A model generated the notes under the pieces. It had not been told where the DNA came from. It saw only the letters and a list, made by a program, of their open reading frames with translations, and ran no database searches. From the NCBI RefSeq assembly GCF_009914755.1, contig NC_060936.1: a stretch of DNA of 64,000 bases; one strand, given 5' to 3'. Positions within the stretch are counted from its first letter, which is position 1. Each line of letters opens with the position of its first letter. Shown here in pieces: positions 55,855-64,000 of this stretch. The position numbers were made by a program, and so were the translations under genes. The DNA comes from the human T2T-CHM13v2.0 reference genome, Homo sapiens.

Positions 55855-58014
55855 TTCTTAATTGACAAATTAAGATTGTATATATTTATCATGTACAATA
55901 TGATGTTCTGAAATATGTGTCTATACATGGGGAGTGGTTCAAGGAAGCTAATTAACATATACATTATCTCACATACTTATCTTTTTTGTATGTGATGAGA
56001 ACACTTAAAATCTACTCTTAGTGATTTTTCAGGCATACAATTAACTATAGTCACCATATTGTACAGTAGGTCTCTTGGACTAATTCCTTCTGTCTAACTG
56101 AAATTTTGTATCCTTTGCCCAACATCTCTCCAACCTCTCACCCTCTCCAGCTCCTGGTAACCACCATTTTTCTCTATCTTTCTATGAGTTAAACTTTTGT
56201 AGATTCCACATATAAGTGAGATCACACAGTGTTTGTCTTTCTGTGCCTGGCTTATTTCACTTATTTCATTTCACATGAAATAGCCAGGCATAGAAAGATT
56301 GAACTGGAGGTCAACTGGAGGATGACCTCCAGTTCAATCTATGTTGCTGCAAATGACAGGACTTTATTCTTTTTTAATCACTAAATAATAATAATAATAT
56401 AATAAAAATATGTATATATAACATCTACACTATGTATGCGTATCACATTTTCTTTATCCATCCATCTGTTGATGAACACTTAGGCTGATTCTTCATCTTG
56501 GCTGTTGTGAATAATGCTACAATGAACATGGGAATGCAGATATCTCTTTGACTCTTTGACATATGAATTTTATTTCCTTTGGACAAATACCCAGTAGTGG
56601 GATTGCTGGATTATATTACAGTTTTATGTTTAATATTTTGAGGAATCTTCATACTGTTTTCCATAATGGCTATACTAATATACATTCTAACCAATGGTGT
56701 GAGAGGACTCCCCTTTCTACACATCCAAAACAACCCTTGTTGTCTTTTGTCTTTCTGATAATAGCCACTATAACAAGTTGAGGTGATATCTGATTATAGT
56801 TTTAATTTGCATTTGTCTGGCAATTAGTGATGTTGAGCCTCTTTTCATATACCTGTTGGCCATTCGTCTGTCTTCTTTTGAGAAATGTCTATTCAGGTGC
56901 TTTGCTCAATTTTAAATCAGATTATTTGTTTTCTTGCTACTGAGTTGTTTGAGTTCTTTATATATTTTGGATATTAGCCCCTTATCACATGTATAGTTTG
57001 CAAATACTTTCTGCCATTCTGTAGGTTTTCTCTTCATTTTGTTGATTATTTCCTTTGCTGTGCACAAGCTTTTTAGTTTGATGTATTCTCATTTGTCTAT
57101 TTTTGCTCTTGTTGCCTGTGCCTTGGGGTCACATTTTAAAAAAATTTATTACCTACACCAATGTCATGGAGCTTTTCCCTTATGTTCTAATCTAGTAGTT
57201 CTACATTTTCTGTTCTTACATTTAAGTCTTTAACCTATTTTGAATTGATTTTTGTATATAGTTTGAAATAAGAGCCTACTTTCATTCTTCTCCATGTGAA
57301 TGTTCAGTTTCCTTGACATTTCTTAAAGAGACTGTTCTTTTCTCATTATGTAGTCCTGACACCTCTGTCAAAAATAAATTGACCATAAATGGGTGGGTTT
57401 ATTTCTGGTCACTCTATTCTATTCCATTGGTCTATGCATTTGTTTTTATGCTAGACCTGTGCGGTTTTGATTACTATAGCTTTGTAGTATATTTTGAAGT
57501 CAAGTAGTGTGATGCTTCCAGCCTTGTTCTTTTTGCTTAAGATTGCTTTGGCTATTCACAGTCTTTTGTGGTTCCATACAAATTTTAGGATTTTTTTCTG
57601 TTTCTGTAAAAATGCCATTGGAATTTTGATAGGGATTGCTTTGAATCTGTAGATCATGAATATTTTAACAATATTAATTCTTTCAATCCATGAACATGGG
57701 CTATTTTAATTTCATTCATCAATGTCTTATAGTTTTCAGTGTGTAGGTTTTTCACCTCCTTGGTTAAATTTATTCCTGAGTATTTTATTTATAGTTATTA
57801 TAAATGGGATTTTTAAAAATTTCTTTTTCAGATAGTTTATTATTAGTTTATAGAAGTACTGCTAATTTTTATATGGTAACTTTGTATTCTGCAGATTTAC
57901 TGAATTTGTTTATTAGCTATAACAGGTTTTTTTGTAAAATCTTTAGGGTTTTCTATAAATAAGATCATGTCTGTAAACAGGGACAATTTAACTTCTTCCT
58001 TCCAATTTGGATGC
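55855..58014 (-). mobile_element. 5'-truncated L1MA-type LINE (3' UTR plus degraded ORF2 3' part)
   Basis: Reverse L1MA 3' end (attgtatatatttatcatgtacaatatgatg, agattccacatataagtgagatca) then ORF2-like sequence (cttcttttgagaaatgtctattcagg, ggaattttgatagggattgc) with many stops. Confidence 0.92.
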
Positions 58015-59217
58015 AGAAAACATATTTTGATCACATAAAAAAACAAATGGAGAAAAGTCTAGCAATTGAATTTTTAAAATAAATAATGGAGATTGACTTG
58101 AAAAGGTTTATTTTCATTTTATCCCTTGCAATAGATATTTTTTCAAGCTCTAACATACACTAAGATCTGACAGCAGAAACTTTTGAAAGAATGATTTGAG
58201 AACATCAACAAAACAAAAAGATCTGAGAGTTTGCAGGAAGTCTGGCCTTAGTATTTCCTACTACGCACCCTGGGTGGTTTTGAACTCTGAGAGAGACTAT
58301 GAAACATATATATCTGCACATCATTAGCATTCAAACGAGGTTCCATAAGAAGTTGAAATCTCCTTAAGGGAACATTGGTAGAACTTCAAGTCCTTTATAG
58401 TTTTCAGAAAAGAGTATGTTTTATCGTACCAAATCACTGGCAGAGAGTTAAGAATATACATTTTGTATAAATATGTATTCACTTAATTCATCAAACAGAA
58501 TCTTTTCTTTTATAGCCAAAAGAGCCATTCTCAGAGAGCATATGGGCAATCAAAATATTCTCAAAGCCTGAAAGCCAAAAGTAGCTTTTGGTTTATTTAC
58601 TGGGGTATGTCTTTCTAAACATTCTTTTTAAAATTAGCCCGAAAGGGCAATAAATTAGGCCTCTCTTAGGCCTGAGTGAATAAGAAAGATGAGGATTAAA
58701 GGACATTCAGCAAGGATGCCATTCACATGGTGTCTGTCTCAAGGGGTAGACCCAATGTGGTAAGTTTAAACAGGAAAAAGTAAACATAGAACCATTACTC
58801 TGTTCATGCAGAGCAGTCAAAACTTTCTCAGCAACATGCTTTTCACAAACTCAATGAGGCAGCACGGTTGTCAAGAAAATATATCCCTGAAGGTTTTTCT
58901 GTCTTAGTTTTTCCCCTGTTCCAATGTCTTTACTATCTGTCAGCAGAGTCTGAGATACTGATGAGAAATCATAAACATTAAAGAAATAGATGGGTCAATT
59001 TTGATAGAAATGGAACTGTTGACATATAAGCAGGTGTTCATTAATGAAGGGTAGGTTCAAGACCAGTGCTCCACAGAAAGAGAACAAAGTGAAATAACCC
59101 AAGTTTGATTTTCAAATACCTATAGAATTCGGTATTTTGTAATAAATGTTTTATTTCCCGTTTTATATGCCAAGAGGCCACAACATACAATGTTTGTTAA
59201 GTAATTAGTATCAATCA

Positions 59218-59610
<393 letters not shown>

Positions 59611-62600
59611 TTAAAAGGACTGAAATAATGTCCATAGTGTCCAGATATAGGAATATTGTATTTCAACAATCCAACATGAACTTGCTGAGGGAATTCACCT
59701 GTGTCAGGTAATTTAAGATGTAGTTAGCAAATTCTCACTTTCCTGGAATCACATAAAATATTCATAGATTCCTGTCAGTAATTGCAAAGTTAAATTTAAA
59801 TTCCCATTCCTGGCTCCATAAGATAAAATATTTCTGTAGGATCTCTATTTTCTCGACTTTATTATTCTTAGTGCAATTGGAACTATTTTGCAATCCCGTG
59901 CCACTATGCATCTAGAACATAGCATCATATTTTGTGGCATCTCTCCTTCATAATTGTCTTTGGAGCCATATATTCATGCACATACATGCAAAATGCAAAA
60001 GGGAAAGTATTTGGCTTTTCTGGAATTGCAAATTTATAGAGTCTTTATAATGTCATTGATCCATTCATCCAGGTGAATAGAGCACTGACTCTGTTCCAGG
60101 TAGCTTACATATATAACCTCTAATTGTCGCAACTCAGAAAAGTGGACAACATTATCACTATTTCGTAGAAGAGAACACTTAACTAATTGTGTCAAATCAA
60201 CTTTTCTGAAATTACTCAGATTGGACCTTTAAATAAGGCTGACTCCAAAGACCATATTCTTTCTACAACACCACAATATGCTCTCTTGCTATCTTGAGAG
60301 GCTCTACCAATTTAAATAGAAAAAGCATTAATGGCATTCATGGTTCATTGTTTTTAAAAAAAAAAAAAAAAAAAGACCAAGTTCTGTTTCATTTTCCACT
60401 AAACCTCCTTAGTCCTCTTGGTAATTGAATAACCAAGCCCTGCCTTTTGTGTGCCATCAATGGGCAATATAGAAAGGTAGATAAAGGAGAAAAAATAAAA
60501 ATAAAAAAGAATATTCCATCTGTCTACCTGGTAGTGGCTCATAGGAGAAGCAAAAGGGAAATACTTATTTGCCTGCTAATTATTTTTCTGTTTAAAGGAG
60601 GAAAGGAATGGCATGAGGTGAAGGATAAATAGAGAATATTGATGTGGTAATAATGATCAAAACAGAACAAAGAAGAGTTGATGTGGGAGTTATTTCTCCA
60701 TTGCTCTGGCCATTCCACTCTTCGCTGAATAAGTGTATTCTGTTTGGCTTTCAAGCTAGGGTTGTCATGCGAGAAGTGTACGTTAATTTCATATTTTCTC
60801 ATAACTTTCTTTTGGGGATAAGCCTTTTGGTTTCTGCTGTTTATTATTTCAAAGGCATCTATATGCTAATATGTTTTATGCTTATTATTTTCATGTTTGT
60901 CCCTTAGGTTATGCTTCATATCACCCACGAGGGAGGATCATATCTCATAAAAACTTTCAAATTTGATTTTGAAAATTATTCAGAAAAATTTAAGCCATGC
61001 TATCTCCCCACATAGGAACGACTATGCTCTGGAGAGTCCTGTAATTTGCAGAAAATGGACCAAGATAACATTTGAGTTCCATGCTACCAAAATCCTCTTG
61101 AGAAGGACAGCTAGCTACCCAGAATATTTAACATTGTGACATTGAAATGTTGGATGAACGATTAAAATGAAGAATCTAGTCATAGGTTGTAAGAAATCGC
61201 TAAATTATTATGTTTAATCCAAAGAAGAGAAAGGAAAAGCTGTTTTCATTCCCCCCAGCCTCTGAGGTGTGTTACCTGCTTCGATTGCTGTAAATATTGT
61301 ATTTTAATTGTATGTTATCCTTCCTTTGCATCATTTCTAGAAAGTTAATTTTAATGATACTAATGACTGAAGCTGAGTTTGTGCATAGAGGAAGAATCAG
61401 ATAAAATAGAAATCTCATATAATAAGCCAGCTTGATGTTTTCTTCCAGAACTTTTATTACAGAAATTTTTAAATAAAGTCGTAATCTATTTTGAAAGCAG
61501 GTTGGTATTTAAAAAGTGAAATAAAATTAGCCAATTAACCTGACATAAAATATTTCTTCAGGCATTGTCTTTTAAAGAAATCAAGGCTTAAAAATGGATT
61601 CCTTGACATGAATTCCTAGGATTCCTAGTTTACCTTGGAGGGCATTTATCATTTCTCCCTTGATTGGGAATTGGACTCCTTTAGTTCCAAAGCCCTTCAG
61701 GGGTACAAATAAAGGGCATCATTTCACCCTCTACTGTGTCATTCCCTGCCCTGCTCTGTTCTTAAGCAAGGAGTCAGCAACACTGAGGAATTTGCACTCC
61801 AGGTTTAAGTTTGTTTTGTGTACCAGCCTCCTCTTTACTCATTCCTCTACCTTTCAGTAGCTGCACCTAAATCCCTTTCTATTTTGTTGTTGTTGTTGCT
61901 GTTAAATGCTTTCACTTTTAGACCACAGCAGTGACTTTATTCTGTAAGAAATGCAACCCAGCTACTTGTATTTCTCCTCTTGGTTCATTTTAGTGCCTCT
62001 CGAGTTACAAGACAGCTTTGTTAGTAGAAGAGTTTGCTTTCAGAATTGGAAGAAAGGTCTCCTCAAAGGAGTCCTGACAAGCAAACTAGGCTCTCCTCCA
62101 GACAGAAGGGGGTAAGAGTGAGCCTACAAAAGGCAGGTGAAGACAGGTACCTGGACAACATGTGCTAGGTCAGCCTACCAGCATTTCAACACTTATGGTC
62201 ATCATCTCTCTGTAAATAAGAACTATTGCTGGGGATACATTTTGTGAATTTGTTAGGATAAATGATTGGTAAAATGTTATTTTACCAGTTGAAACATGAC
62301 TGTATTTGGCACATTTTGTTAAAATAAAAGACCTATAATGGTTTATGTGCTAAACCCTGTGACCCATCTTTTTTTTATTTTTATTCTAATTATTTGCCTG
62401 TGATAATAACAAAATAGCGATACATTTTACCTTTTAAAGTTGTGTTTGGAGAATAATTCATTGAACTAACACATTTGGCTTAATTGCAGCCCCAGCTGAG
62501 AAGAAATGGCCTTTTCTTGCTCATCTCAGAACATAATTCAAAGATAATTCAAATAGAAAAGAAATTTATGCACAGTTAGCCTCCAGAATTTGTGTGGTGC

Positions 62601-62894
62601 TGTTGAGCTGTGCAACCTGATTAAGCAGCCTGCTAGGAGTGTGCTACTCTCTTTTTGAACTAAGTTCCATGAGGGCAGGAAAGATGTCTATCAACAACTC
62701 TTAGCTCATAGCTCTAGAAGGTGGTTGCAGGTTGTGGGCTTTTAGCAGGTGTGTTGTGGTCATGCCTCAGTCTAAATGAGCAGTGAACTTTGGCTTAACT
62801 CAACTTCAGAAATGCTGTGTGATCTTCAACAGTTGACACTCCTGGTCCTGTAATGCCCCTGGAGCATGATGAATAGTTTGAAGCTTTGAAATAA

Positions 62895-63437
<543 letters not shown>

Positions 63438-64000
63438 AATGGTGACTATTTCTATTATCATTATGACTTTTAATAGTAATAATACTTCTGGGATTGTTAT
63501 TATTATCATTATTAATCGTATTAATGATTATGCAGAAGGTCCAAAATTTTTCCCTATGGATAATTTAAGTAGTAGAAATCAAAAGATGCACGCATCAGAT
63601 ACTTTTCTGCCAATAAAACAGGGCCTACAAAAATAAACGTGGACAATTTCAAGTTTTCAATGTGATTCACTGGAGACTTGTATATCATCACAAAGTTTCA
63701 GTAAACACTTTTAATTTAAAAAAAAAAGTCTTAAGGTAACCCAAAAGGTGAAAATTTTGAAGATTCACAAAATGTTATTACTCATATCTAACCAATATCA
63801 ATTATTCAGGTGAGATAGAAATAAAAAGTCAATTAAAAGCTAGATATTTCTACCCTCGTTGCCAAGAATCTAGGTGTCTAGCTAATGATCTTGCTCTTTC
63901 CCTTTTTTGGGGTACTTGATATTATGAAATGTTTTGTTATTGGCTGCTTATATTGCTGGTAGTAGTGATTATGGAATACAATTTAAAATTATTAAATATT

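Noticed and set aside
56563-57507. ORFs within the L1
   Set aside because: Antisense fragments of a decayed L1; ORF2 is not intact.

Overview
AT-rich human-type (primate) genomic DNA with no credible protein-coding gene. The anchor is the miR-1251 hairpin at 1093-1162 (+), which I recognise from its sequence. It places the window inside the neural lncRNA RMST (human 12q23.1, from recall), transcribed on the + strand. Splice signals predict a cluster of small non-coding exons at 1.6-5.2 kb, a ~34.6 kb intron, a CpG-retaining exon at 39839-40043, and a terminal exon from 41860 with a poly(A) signal at 42928. The acceptor at 1645 and donor at 40043 match my recollection of a reported circRMST back-splice pair. 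The rest is intron containing Alus, a solo antisense LTR12C with a 4-bp TSD, MER1A with an 8-bp TSD, L1MA, L2, L3, MIR and microsatellites. The most interesting leads are: possible coupling of Drosha cropping with back-splicing; a small ORF whose C-terminus depends on linear versus circular splicing; a perfect IR1/ER8 nuclear-receptor element; a fused head-to-head Alu pair; an antisense LTR12C promoter; and two clusters of chained hairpins that look like template-switch scars. Exon boundaries and repeat subfamilies were called by eye, so old-repeat coordinates are approximate. I cannot demonstrate a new biological system from sequence alone; the findings are testable hypotheses.
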